A stretch of DNA of 64,000 nucleotides from Planctomycetota bacterium (GTDB taxonomy: Bacteria > Planctomycetota > UBA1135 > UBA2386), in contig OZ245006.1 of assembly GCA_965223545.1 (NCBI GenBank), positions 5,408,001 to 5,472,000 of the forward strand, given 5' to 3'. Both the position numbers and the translations under genes were made by a program. A model generated the notes under the pieces. The model ran no database searches, was not told the DNA's origin, and saw only the letters and a list, made by a program, of their open reading frames with translations. Shown piece after piece: positions 1-8,244 of this stretch; within the stretch, counting starts at the first letter, position 1; the number at the start of each line of letters is the position of its first letter.

Positions 1-2
1 TC

Positions 3-188
3 GCCGCCGCGGTGGCGCCGTTTCCGGTGTGGCTCGGTTCCGGACTCGATGTCGACAACGCCGCCGCCCTCTGGCCGCGGTGCAGTGGTGCGATCGTCGG
101 CACCGCCGTGAAGCGCGACGGCGCGGTGCACAATCCGGTCGATCCGGCGCGCGTGGCTGCGCTGCGCGCGGCGATCGACCGCGCCTGA
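3..188 (+). CDS. BtpA/SgcQ family protein, 3' end (partial)
   Basis: Frame 3 reads PVWLGSGLDVDNAAAL...GAIVGTAVKRDGAVHNPVDPARV, typical of the BtpA/SgcQ TIM-barrel C-terminus; TGA at 186-188. Confidence 0.8.
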   Translation, partial: AAAVAPFPVWLGSGLDVDNAAALWPRCSGAIVGTAVKRDGAVHNPVDPARVAALRAAIDRA

Positions 189-248
189 CGGCGGCGGGCA
201 TCACCCCTGGGGCACAGGCCCGGCGCGTGTTTCGCCGAAGACAGAGGG

Positions 249-1262
249 GTGAAGGTCTTGTTCCTGACGCCGTCGCCGACCGAGCTGTTCCGCGGCTCTG
301 CCGGCACCGTGGGGCGCTATCGCATGGGGCTGCAGCGCCGCGGCCACCTGTGCGAGGTCGTCGGCGACACGCAGGACGGCGAGCTCAAGGAGTCCCTCGA
401 GGGGGTCGTCGGCCGCTTCCGGCCCGACATCGTGCACGCGCACCACGCCAGCCGCACGGGGGTGTCCCTGCTGGGCTTGCGCTTGCCGTGGGTGGTGTCG
501 ATGGCCGGCGAGGACTTCCACCAGGATCTCCATTGCGAGGAGCGCGGCCCACACGTCTGCGAGGTGTTCCGGCGCGCGCACCGCGTGCTGGTGCCGAGCG
601 CCGGCTTGGCGGCGGCGGTCGAGCTGCGGTTTCCCGAGTGTGTCGGCAAGATCGACGTGGTGCCGCGCGCGGCGCCGGCGCTCGTCACCGAAGGCACCGA
701 CCTGCGCCGCTCGCTCGGCATCTCGCGCAGCCGCTTCCTGATCCTGCTGCCCAACGGGCTGCGTCCGGTACAGGGGCAGCACCGGGCCCTGTCGCTGGTG
801 GCGACGCTGCGCCAGAGTGGCGTCGATGCCGAGATGATCGTCGTCGGGCCGCGGCAGGACGAGGAGTACGCCGAGGAGCTCACCCGCCAGGCCGCCGAGC
901 TGGAGGGAGTGCGCGTGCTGCCCCCGCTGTCGCGCGAGCGCATGGGAGCGGCCTATCGCGACGCCGACGTCGTGCTCAACACCTCGCTCGGCGAAGCGAT
1001 GAGTGCCTGCGTGCTGGAGGCCGGCACGCTGGCGCGGCCGGTGGTCGCCGCCAACGCCGCCGGCAACCCGGACCTGATCCGGCACAAGGTGACCGGCCTG
1101 TTGTTCGACAACGAGGAGCAGATGGCCAAGCAGGTCTTGGCGGTGGCGCGCAACCGCGCCGCGGCGGGGGCGATGGGCGTGCGGCTGCGCGAGGATCTGT
1201 GGCACCGGTTCGATCCCGAGCGCGAGCTGGACTGTCTGTTGTCCGCCTACGCTGCGGCCTGA
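249..1262 (+). CDS. Glycosyltransferase family 4 (GLT1D1/TIGR04348-like)
   Basis: RPDIVHAHH, NTSLGEAMSACVLEA (E-x7-E) and PVVAANAAGNPDLI GT-B motifs. Confidence 0.85.
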   Translation: MKVLFLTPSPTELFRGSAGTVGRYRMGLQRRGHLCEVVGDTQDGELKESLEGVVGRFRPDIVHAHHASRTGVSLLGLRLPWVVSMAGEDFHQDLHCEERGPHVCEVFRRAHRVLVPSAGLAAAVELRFPECVGKIDVVPRAAPALVTEGTDLRRSLGISRSRFLILLPNGLRPVQGQHRALSLVATLRQSGVDAEMIVVGPRQDEEYAEELTRQAAELEGVRVLPPLSRERMGAAYRDADVVLNTSLGEAMSACVLEAGTLARPVVAANAAGNPDLIRHKVTGLLFDNEEQMAKQVLAVARNRAAAGAMGVRLREDLWHRFDPERELDCLLSAYAAA

Positions 1263-1298
1263 GGGGCTGGGGCGTCTCGACCGGGACTGTCCTCGGTC

Positions 1299-3197
1299 TC
1301 AGCGCTTGCCCGGCCAGAGTTTCTCGATTGCCCCCGGCAGCTGCTGGCGGGCGTTCTCGACACCCGACTCGAGGGCTTTCTCGATGGTGCTGCTGGCGCC
1401 GGGTGGCGTCGCGCCGCGCAGGAGCTCGTCGACGGGCAGTTGGTCGATGGCGGTGTTCGCCCAACCGCGCAGCTCTTGCGCGAGCCGCGCCTGGCCGCGC
1501 TCGGCGATGGCGTCGGCGAGGGCGTCGGCGTCGAGGGCGAGCTGCGGGGTCGCGATCGGGCCGCGCACCGCGATCGTGGCGGGCAGCGTGTCGATGGCGA
1601 AGCGCTCGCCGCGCAGCGAGAGGGTGGTATCACGGCAGGCGATCTGCAGTGGGAGGTCGACCCGGTGGCCCTGGCCGTCCCGGCGCACGGTGCCGCGCAG
1701 GCTGAGTGAAGCGGTGCCGCCGTGCAGGGGCAGGCCCGCGATCGAGGCGCGCAGGGCGTCGATCTCGATTGCCGGCAGGGCCAGGTCGACGGTGACGGCT
1801 CCCGGTCCGGTGTGGGCCAGCGTCAGCGCGCGGTCACTCGGCCCGGACACCGTGAGCTCGGTGTCCTCCGCGACGCGGTCGGGATGTGAGCTCAGGTTGC
1901 GCGCGCGTACCGAGAGCGTGCAGTCGAGCCCCGGCACGGCGATGCCGTCGATCGCCATCTCGCGCACCAACCAAGTCGGATGCGCGCTGCGCACGTGGGC
2001 TGCGACGAGGTCGTCCAGTGGGGTTTCGAGGCGTGGCCCCGGCTCGTCCGCACCACCTCCATCGCCGGGCGGCGCGTCGGGGGCTTCACCGCCCTCCGTC
2101 GCCGGCGGAGTGATGCGGTCGATCCAGTCGGCCAGGGTGTCGAGGTGGTTCCGCACCGCCTGCGCCAGCTCGAGGGCCTCGGCCGCGGTGATGGGTTTGT
2201 CGTCCGCCGGTGGGTCGGTTGGTGCCGGCGCGGTGGGCGGCGGCGCGGTGCGCTCGCCGGGGATCGCGCGCCGCGAACCGGAGCGCGCGCCCAGAGCGGT
2301 GAGGGTCTCGATCTCGAGCCGGCCGGCGAGCAGCGCGCTGGTCGAGACATCGAGCCTGAGCTCATCGGCGGTGAACGCGTCGTGGTCGAGCCTGCGTGGG
2401 TCGGCCATCGCGACGCCGCGCAGGGCGATGCGACCGCGCATCAGATCGAGCTCGGCGCCGGCGACGTCGACGGTGGCTCCGTTCCACTGGGTCAGGGCGC
2501 CGGCCGCCGCCGTGCGCAGCCGCGCGCTGCCGAAATGCGCCTGAGCCCACCAACCGGCGGCGACGAGGGCGCCGGCGGCGGCGAGCCCCGACCAACGCAC
2601 CGGTACGCCGCGTCCGCGGCGCGCGGCGATCTCTCCCCAGGAGTCGCGGCGCTTGGCGCGCCCGAGCATCAGCCAACTCGCCAGCCGCACCGAGCGTCGC
2701 GCGCGCCACGCGCTCCAGCGCTCCGACTCCTCGGTCGCCGCCATGCGGTTGCGAATGGCGCACAGCGCGCGCCACCAAGCCCAGCCGCTCGCGGCGCCGA
2801 GTGCGACCCCCAGCACGATTCCGCCGCTGACGGCGTAGTGGTCCAGGCCAAACCAGGCGAGCCAAGGGGCGTTGGCGATTGACGTCAGGAGCGGTTTCGT
2901 CGGGCCGTCGAGCAACACCTCGCCAATGGCGACCGCCGCGGGGAGGAGCGGAGCCGAAGCCAGCGACGCCAGGCCGGCGGTCAGGGCGACCAGGCCGAGA
3001 TTGGTGTTGAGGATCAAGGCCAGCGCCAGCCAGGTGAGGGCCGGAGCCGGCGCCTGCACGAGGCCTTCCCCCAGACTGCCGCCGAGGGCGATGCCGGGCG
3101 CGAAGCCGAGCAGGCCACCGAGCAAGCAGGCGAGGACGACCTGGCTGCGGGTGGCCTGGCCCCGCAGGATTCCGGCGATGTGCTTGAGGGCTCCCAT
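1299..3197 (-). CDS. DUF2062/TIGR03546-like membrane domain fused to AsmA-like (TIGR03545-like) domain
   Basis: ATG at 3197 preceded by GAGGAG; hydrophobic N-terminal helices with NAPWLAWFGLDHYAVSGG; then LTQWNGATVDV...DPRRLD beta-rich AsmA-like region. Confidence 0.65.
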   Translation of the reverse strand: MGALKHIAGILRGQATRSQVVLACLLGGLLGFAPGIALGGSLGEGLVQAPAPALTWLALALILNTNLGLVALTAGLASLASAPLLPAAVAIGEVLLDGPTKPLLTSIANAPWLAWFGLDHYAVSGGIVLGVALGAASGWAWWRALCAIRNRMAATEESERWSAWRARRSVRLASWLMLGRAKRRDSWGEIAARRGRGVPVRWSGLAAAGALVAAGWWAQAHFGSARLRTAAAGALTQWNGATVDVAGAELDLMRGRIALRGVAMADPRRLDHDAFTADELRLDVSTSALLAGRLEIETLTALGARSGSRRAIPGERTAPPPTAPAPTDPPADDKPITAAEALELAQAVRNHLDTLADWIDRITPPATEGGEAPDAPPGDGGGADEPGPRLETPLDDLVAAHVRSAHPTWLVREMAIDGIAVPGLDCTLSVRARNLSSHPDRVAEDTELTVSGPSDRALTLAHTGPGAVTVDLALPAIEIDALRASIAGLPLHGGTASLSLRGTVRRDGQGHRVDLPLQIACRDTTLSLRGERFAIDTLPATIAVRGPIATPQLALDADALADAIAERGQARLAQELRGWANTAIDQLPVDELLRGATPPGASSTIEKALESGVENARQQLPGAIEKLWPGKR

Positions 3198-3374
3198 CTC
3201 CTCTGTATCGGGTGGAAGGTGCGTTGGGCTTGGCGGGCGCAGACAAGTTGCGGTGGACCGTGTTTGGGGCCGCACCGGCCACCACGCGCAGAGTATGATC
3301 GATGGCGGTCCTGCCTCCCTCTTCCCACGGCCCACATGGGCGGCAACGCCCCGTGACAACGCGCTTGAGCCAAA

Positions 3375-5708
3375 ATGTCCGCCACCCTCGCTCTAGTCGT
3401 GCTCGCTGGTCTCTCCAGCGCAGCTCCACAGGACTCTCCCTACACCGCGCCCGCTGACGACCGCTTGCACCTTCGGTACAAGGCGTTCGACCCGGTCACC
3501 GACCGGCCGGCGATGCCGCTCGAGCTCCGCGCCCGCGCGGCGGGTCGGCTGTTCATCGTCCAGTTCCACGGCGCGTTGACCGAGGCCGGCCGCCAGAGCC
3601 TGCGCGACGCCGGTGCCGAGGTGCACACCTATCTGCCCGAGCGGGCCTACGTGGTGCGGGCGACGCGGGACGTGGCGGCCGCAATCTCGGGCTTGCCCGC
3701 GGTCCGCTGGGTCGAGGCTCTGCACCCCGCCTACCGCATCGACCCGGCGCTGATCGCTCCCACCCTGGATCAGGGTGCCGAGATGCCGACGCGCTACAAC
3801 GTGCTCGTCGTCGACTACCGCCAGGACGCGCCCGGGGTCGAGCGGTTCATCGGGGCGATCGGTGGGACCGTCGACCTCGCCGCGGGCGGCGGACCGCTGG
3901 TCGTCGCTACGTTGAGCCGCGGCCAGCTCCTACAGGTGCTGCACCACGACGGCGTGCTGTGGGTCGACCGGTGGGTTCCGGAGGAGCCGGACATGGACAA
4001 CGCCCGCCTGCAGACCGGGGCGGAGATGCTGCACGGGCTGGCGGTGCCGGTCGACGGCAAGGGCATCAACGCGCATTCGTACGACACCGGGTTCCAGATC
4101 AATCACCCCGAGCTGCGGGCGCGGGCGCCCTACCGGCAGACGCCGATCGTGGTCGGCGGCAACTCCGGTTCGGTTTCACACGGCACCAGTGTGATCGGCA
4201 TCATCGCGTCCGAGGGGCGTCGGGCGCGCGAACGCGGCCTGCTGCCATTCGCCCAGCCGCTGGTCACGGCGTTTGGCACGATGGCGCGCTATCAGCTGGC
4301 GCGCAATCTGCGGGATCCGCTCGGACCGTACAAGGCGCTGACCTCGACTTCGTCGGTCAGCGGGGGCTTGACCCTCAGCTACAACAGCGTTTCCTCGACC
4401 ACGGACCGGTGGATCTTCGATTTCGATCTGCTCTATACGCAGAGCCAGAGCAACCAGGGCAGCCGGTTCTCTCGGCCGGAAGCGTGGGCGAAGAACACCG
4501 CGAGTGTCAGCGGGCTGCAGCACTTCAACAACCCCGACCCCCTCGACGATCGCTTCGACCAGGGCTCGAGCCGTGGGCCGGCATCGGACGGTCGGATCGG
4601 GGTCACGTTCTGTGCGTACTTCAGCCGCATCAACACCATTACGAGTGGAAGTGGCTACACCGCGACCTTCGGTGGTACCTCGGGCGCGACACCGATGATC
4701 AACGGCCTCTGCGGGCTCTTGATCAACATGTTCACCGATGGCGAGTTCGGCTACCCGGGCGTCACGTGGCAGAACCGTTTCGGTGCCGAGCCGCACTTCA
4801 CCACGACCAAGGCGTTGGGCATGGCGACGACCCAGCCGATGCCGATCGCGCGCGGTGCGCGGGTCGAGCAGGGCTGGGGTCTGATCAACGTCGGTGATGC
4901 ATACAACGACCGCGACAAGATGCTCGTCTTGGACGAGGAGGATGTGCTCTCCCAAGGGCAGTCGCGCACCTACTTCGTCTTCTCGCCTGGCGGCCGCAAC
5001 CTCCGCGTGGCGATGACCTACGCCGACCCGCCGGCGTCGGCCGGCGCGACGATCCACCGGATCAACAGTCTGGATCTGCAAGTCGTGGCGCCCGATGGAA
5101 CCGCGTACTGGGGCAACAACGGCTTGACGGCCAGCAACGACAGCGCGCCGGGCGGCGTGGCGAACGACCGCGACACCGAGGAGTGTGTCTGGCTGACGAC
5201 CGCTCAGCGCGGCGTCTACCGCGTGGTCGTGAGTGCGCCGGCGATCCGCGCCGACGGCCACGTCGAGACCGCGGCCGTCGACGCCGACTTCGCGCTGGTC
5301 GTGCGCGGCATCGGCGGCGGGCGCGACACGTCGGGGATGGTGCTCGACGTGATCTCGAGCCAACCGGGGCAGCTCGACGTGGCCCTGTCCAACGTGCCGG
5401 CGGCAGGTTGGGCGACGGGGTGGACCTTGTTCTCGGCCAACACGCAGCGGCTGCCGTCGCTCGGCAACTTCCTCGGCATCGAGATCGATTCGCTGACCCT
5501 CGCCACCATCGGCCTCGCGCCGAGTGCCGGCAACGTGTTCTCGTTCACCAACGCCGGGCCGAGCGTCTACCCGTATGCCACCTTCCAGTTCCCGGCCGGC
5601 TTGGCACTCGCCCTGCAGGGGCTGACCTTCGACGCGACGACGGCCTTGCTCGATGGCCAGGGCAACGTCGTCGCGGTCTCCAACGTCGACCGGGTCACCG
5701 TGCAGTGA
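3375..5708 (+). CDS. Secreted S8 (subtilisin-like) serine peptidase with C-terminal accessory domains
   Basis: Signal peptide; catalytic triad motifs YDTG, SHGTSV, GGTSGATP; QGWG; INSLDL beta-sandwich domain. Confidence 0.9.
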   Translation: MSATLALVVLAGLSSAAPQDSPYTAPADDRLHLRYKAFDPVTDRPAMPLELRARAAGRLFIVQFHGALTEAGRQSLRDAGAEVHTYLPERAYVVRATRDVAAAISGLPAVRWVEALHPAYRIDPALIAPTLDQGAEMPTRYNVLVVDYRQDAPGVERFIGAIGGTVDLAAGGGPLVVATLSRGQLLQVLHHDGVLWVDRWVPEEPDMDNARLQTGAEMLHGLAVPVDGKGINAHSYDTGFQINHPELRARAPYRQTPIVVGGNSGSVSHGTSVIGIIASEGRRARERGLLPFAQPLVTAFGTMARYQLARNLRDPLGPYKALTSTSSVSGGLTLSYNSVSSTTDRWIFDFDLLYTQSQSNQGSRFSRPEAWAKNTASVSGLQHFNNPDPLDDRFDQGSSRGPASDGRIGVTFCAYFSRINTITSGSGYTATFGGTSGATPMINGLCGLLINMFTDGEFGYPGVTWQNRFGAEPHFTTTKALGMATTQPMPIARGARVEQGWGLINVGDAYNDRDKMLVLDEEDVLSQGQSRTYFVFSPGGRNLRVAMTYADPPASAGATIHRINSLDLQVVAPDGTAYWGNNGLTASNDSAPGGVANDRDTEECVWLTTAQRGVYRVVVSAPAIRADGHVETAAVDADFALVVRGIGGGRDTSGMVLDVISSQPGQLDVALSNVPAAGWATGWTLFSANTQRLPSLGNFLGIEIDSLTLATIGLAPSAGNVFSFTNAGPSVYPYATFQFPAGLALALQGLTFDATTALLDGQGNVVAVSNVDRVTVQ

Positions 5709-5761
5709 CCGCGCGGCGCGGCGCGCTGGGGTAGGATGCGGGCTCCAACTCGGAGCCGTCC

Positions 5762-6979
5762 ATGAACAACCTGTCCCCGTGCCGCGCCCGCTGCGCGCTC
5801 CTTCTTCTCCTGCCGGTCCTGCCGGCGGCCACTGCGCAGGGCGCCGGTGGGCCCGAGTGGCCGCATTGGCGAGGTCCGGATCGAACCGGGATCTCGACCG
5901 AGACCGCGTGGCGTGTCGGTGACGATGTCGTGCCGCTGTGGCAGGCGTCGGTCGGCATCGGTTACTCGACCGTGTCGATCGCCGATGGGCTCCTGTTCAC
6001 TCAGGGTCACGAGGTCGAGGGCGAACAAGACACGATCTACTGTCTGGACGCGTTGACTGGCGAGGAGCGTTGGTCGCACACGTTTCCCGCCAAGACCATG
6101 GCCAAGTACCATCGCGGTGGTGCGCAGTCGACGCCGTCCATCGACGGCGAGCGGCTGTTCGCGCTGAACCGTGAGGGCAACTTCTTCTGTTTCAGCACCG
6201 CTGACGGCGAGGTGCGGTGGCACAAGGATTTGCGTGAGGAATACGAGCTGAAGCTGCCGCAGTGGGGGTTCGCCGCATCGCCCGTCGTCTTGCACGACCG
6301 GATCATCGTCAACGTCGGCAAAGTGCTGTCCTTCGATCGCGCCGGGGAGCTGCAGTGGCGCAGTGAAGATCTCGGCGATGCCTACTCGACCCCGGCTCCG
6401 TTCGAGGTCGACGGCGAGCGCCGGCTCGCCGTGTTCAACGGCAGCGGTCTCGCCGTGTTGGACACCGAGACCGGCGCCGTGATCGCCCAGTCGGAGTGGA
6501 AGACGCGCTACGACGTCAACGCGGCCACGCCCGTGCTGATCGGTGATCGGATCTTCATCTCTTCCGGCTACGGCCGCGGTTGCTCGATGCTGGCGTTCGA
6601 CGGCGAGGCGCTGGAGACCCTGTGGGCCAACAGGGAGATGTGCAACCACATGTCGGGGTGTGTCGAGGTCGACGGCCACCTCTACGGCTTCGACGAGGGG
6701 ACCCTCAAGTGCTTGGACCTCGAGGGGAACGTACGCTGGGCCCAGCGCGGCCTGGGCAAAGGGGCGCTGGTGGTCGCGGGTGATCGCTTGGTTGCTTTGA
6801 CGCAACGCGGCGACCTGGTCGTCGCCGACGTCGACCCCGAGGAATACCGCGAGCACGTCCGCCACAAGGTCCTCGAGGGCGGTGTGCAGTGGACGACCCC
6901 AGTGGTCTGCGGCGGGCTGATCTACTGCCGAAACAACGCCGGCATGTTGGTTTGCGTCGACGCCAGGCCGGACGCCTGA
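5762..6979 (+). CDS. PQQ-like beta-propeller repeat protein (BamB-like)
   Basis: Signal peptide, WPHWRGP start, repeated CLDALTGEERW / STP / ASP blades. Confidence 0.85.
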   Translation: MNNLSPCRARCALLLLLPVLPAATAQGAGGPEWPHWRGPDRTGISTETAWRVGDDVVPLWQASVGIGYSTVSIADGLLFTQGHEVEGEQDTIYCLDALTGEERWSHTFPAKTMAKYHRGGAQSTPSIDGERLFALNREGNFFCFSTADGEVRWHKDLREEYELKLPQWGFAASPVVLHDRIIVNVGKVLSFDRAGELQWRSEDLGDAYSTPAPFEVDGERRLAVFNGSGLAVLDTETGAVIAQSEWKTRYDVNAATPVLIGDRIFISSGYGRGCSMLAFDGEALETLWANREMCNHMSGCVEVDGHLYGFDEGTLKCLDLEGNVRWAQRGLGKGALVVAGDRLVALTQRGDLVVADVDPEEYREHVRHKVLEGGVQWTTPVVCGGLIYCRNNAGMLVCVDARPDA

Positions 6980-7068
6980 AGCTGAGGAGCCTCCGACGAG
7001 TCGGGCTCTCAGGCGTTTTTCGCCCCCCTGCTCCATTCGGCCGCGGCTCGCGCTACCGTGCGCCCAGC

Positions 7069-8238
7069 ATGACCACGTGGCGTCCGACCGCTCTCGTCTC
7101 CCTCTTGCTCCTGCCGGCGGGGCTGACTGCTCAAAGCTACGACGACCTGATGATGGTGCGTGCTCGGCCCGAGCGGTTCGCATCCGTCTTGCAGGTGCGC
7201 GCCGGGGCGCTGGGCTCCCTGGCCGACGATGAGGACACCCAGGTCGGGCTGGAGAACGAGATTGGCTGGGATGGGCACCTCTACTTCCGCACCGGCGGCG
7301 TCGGCGGGCGTGAGGCGGAGCTCAAAGTCTACGCCGGTCGTGACGGGGCCTACCTCAGCGTGCTGGAGGGCACCTTGCTGGGTGGCGAGACCCAGACTCG
7401 GATCGAGCTCAACGCGCGCTACTTCCCGTTCTATCGCGAGGGCTTCTACCGCAGCGGCGACTTCATCCCCACCGGCCGCTACGAGGGCGACGATTGGGGC
7501 GCGGCGGTGTTGTTCGCGCGCGAGGTGCAAGAGGGGTTGCGGATGGAGGTCGGCCCGTTCTTCCGTAGCTACTCCTTCGACCGCAACGATGCCACCGCCG
7601 TCAACTACCTCGAGCCCGACGACTTCACCGCCTACGGAGCCCGACTGTATCTCGAGCACAACATCCTCGAGCTCGATCGACTCACGGGTCGCCCGCGCGT
7701 CGGCTTCATCCTGACGCTGGCCGGAGAGTACGAGAAGAACGACAGCGACCGGCGGTTCGGCACCCAGTCGATCTACGAGAGCACGCTGCCGTCAGGTGTG
7801 TGGCGTGGTCGGGGCCACCTCGAGTGGTACTTCCCGGTGGCGCAGTCGGCGACCTGGGAGGTGCGGGTCGACGGCCAGATCACCGACGACAAGGACCGCG
7901 TGCACAACTTCGACGCGCAGAAGCCGCCTGGTCATCTCTGGGTCGACGGCGAGATCCGCCTGCGCCTGGATCTCGGCAACGCGATCGCGCTGACGCCGTT
8001 CGCCAAGGGCCAGCTGGTGCGCCTACCGGATGAGGCCGGAGTGGGCACCGACCAGGAGACCTTCTTCGGTGGTGGCCTGGACGCCGTCGTCGACTTCGGC
8101 GACATGCTGTCCTTGATTGGCCACTACTCCTACCTCGGCAACGAGAGCCGCCCGCCGGTATCGACCTCCGACGATACGTTCGGTGAGCACCGGTTCTTCG
8201 TCGGCATCGAGGCGCGGTTCGGCGCGCAGCGCCAATAA
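7069..8238 (+). CDS. Putative outer-membrane beta-barrel protein
   Basis: ATG 7069 gives a signal peptide (MTTWRPTALVSLLLLPAGLTA); alternating aromatic amphipathic strands; ends FFVGIEARFGAQRQ. Confidence 0.6.
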   Translation: MTTWRPTALVSLLLLPAGLTAQSYDDLMMVRARPERFASVLQVRAGALGSLADDEDTQVGLENEIGWDGHLYFRTGGVGGREAELKVYAGRDGAYLSVLEGTLLGGETQTRIELNARYFPFYREGFYRSGDFIPTGRYEGDDWGAAVLFAREVQEGLRMEVGPFFRSYSFDRNDATAVNYLEPDDFTAYGARLYLEHNILELDRLTGRPRVGFILTLAGEYEKNDSDRRFGTQSIYESTLPSGVWRGRGHLEWYFPVAQSATWEVRVDGQITDDKDRVHNFDAQKPPGHLWVDGEIRLRLDLGNAIALTPFAKGQLVRLPDEAGVGTDQETFFGGGLDAVVDFGDMLSLIGHYSYLGNESRPPVSTSDDTFGEHRFFVGIEARFGAQRQ

Positions 8239-8244
8239 GCGCGG

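Noticed and set aside
249..1262. SenB selenosugar synthase call
   Set aside because: Signature residues differ and no senA, senC or selD neighbours.
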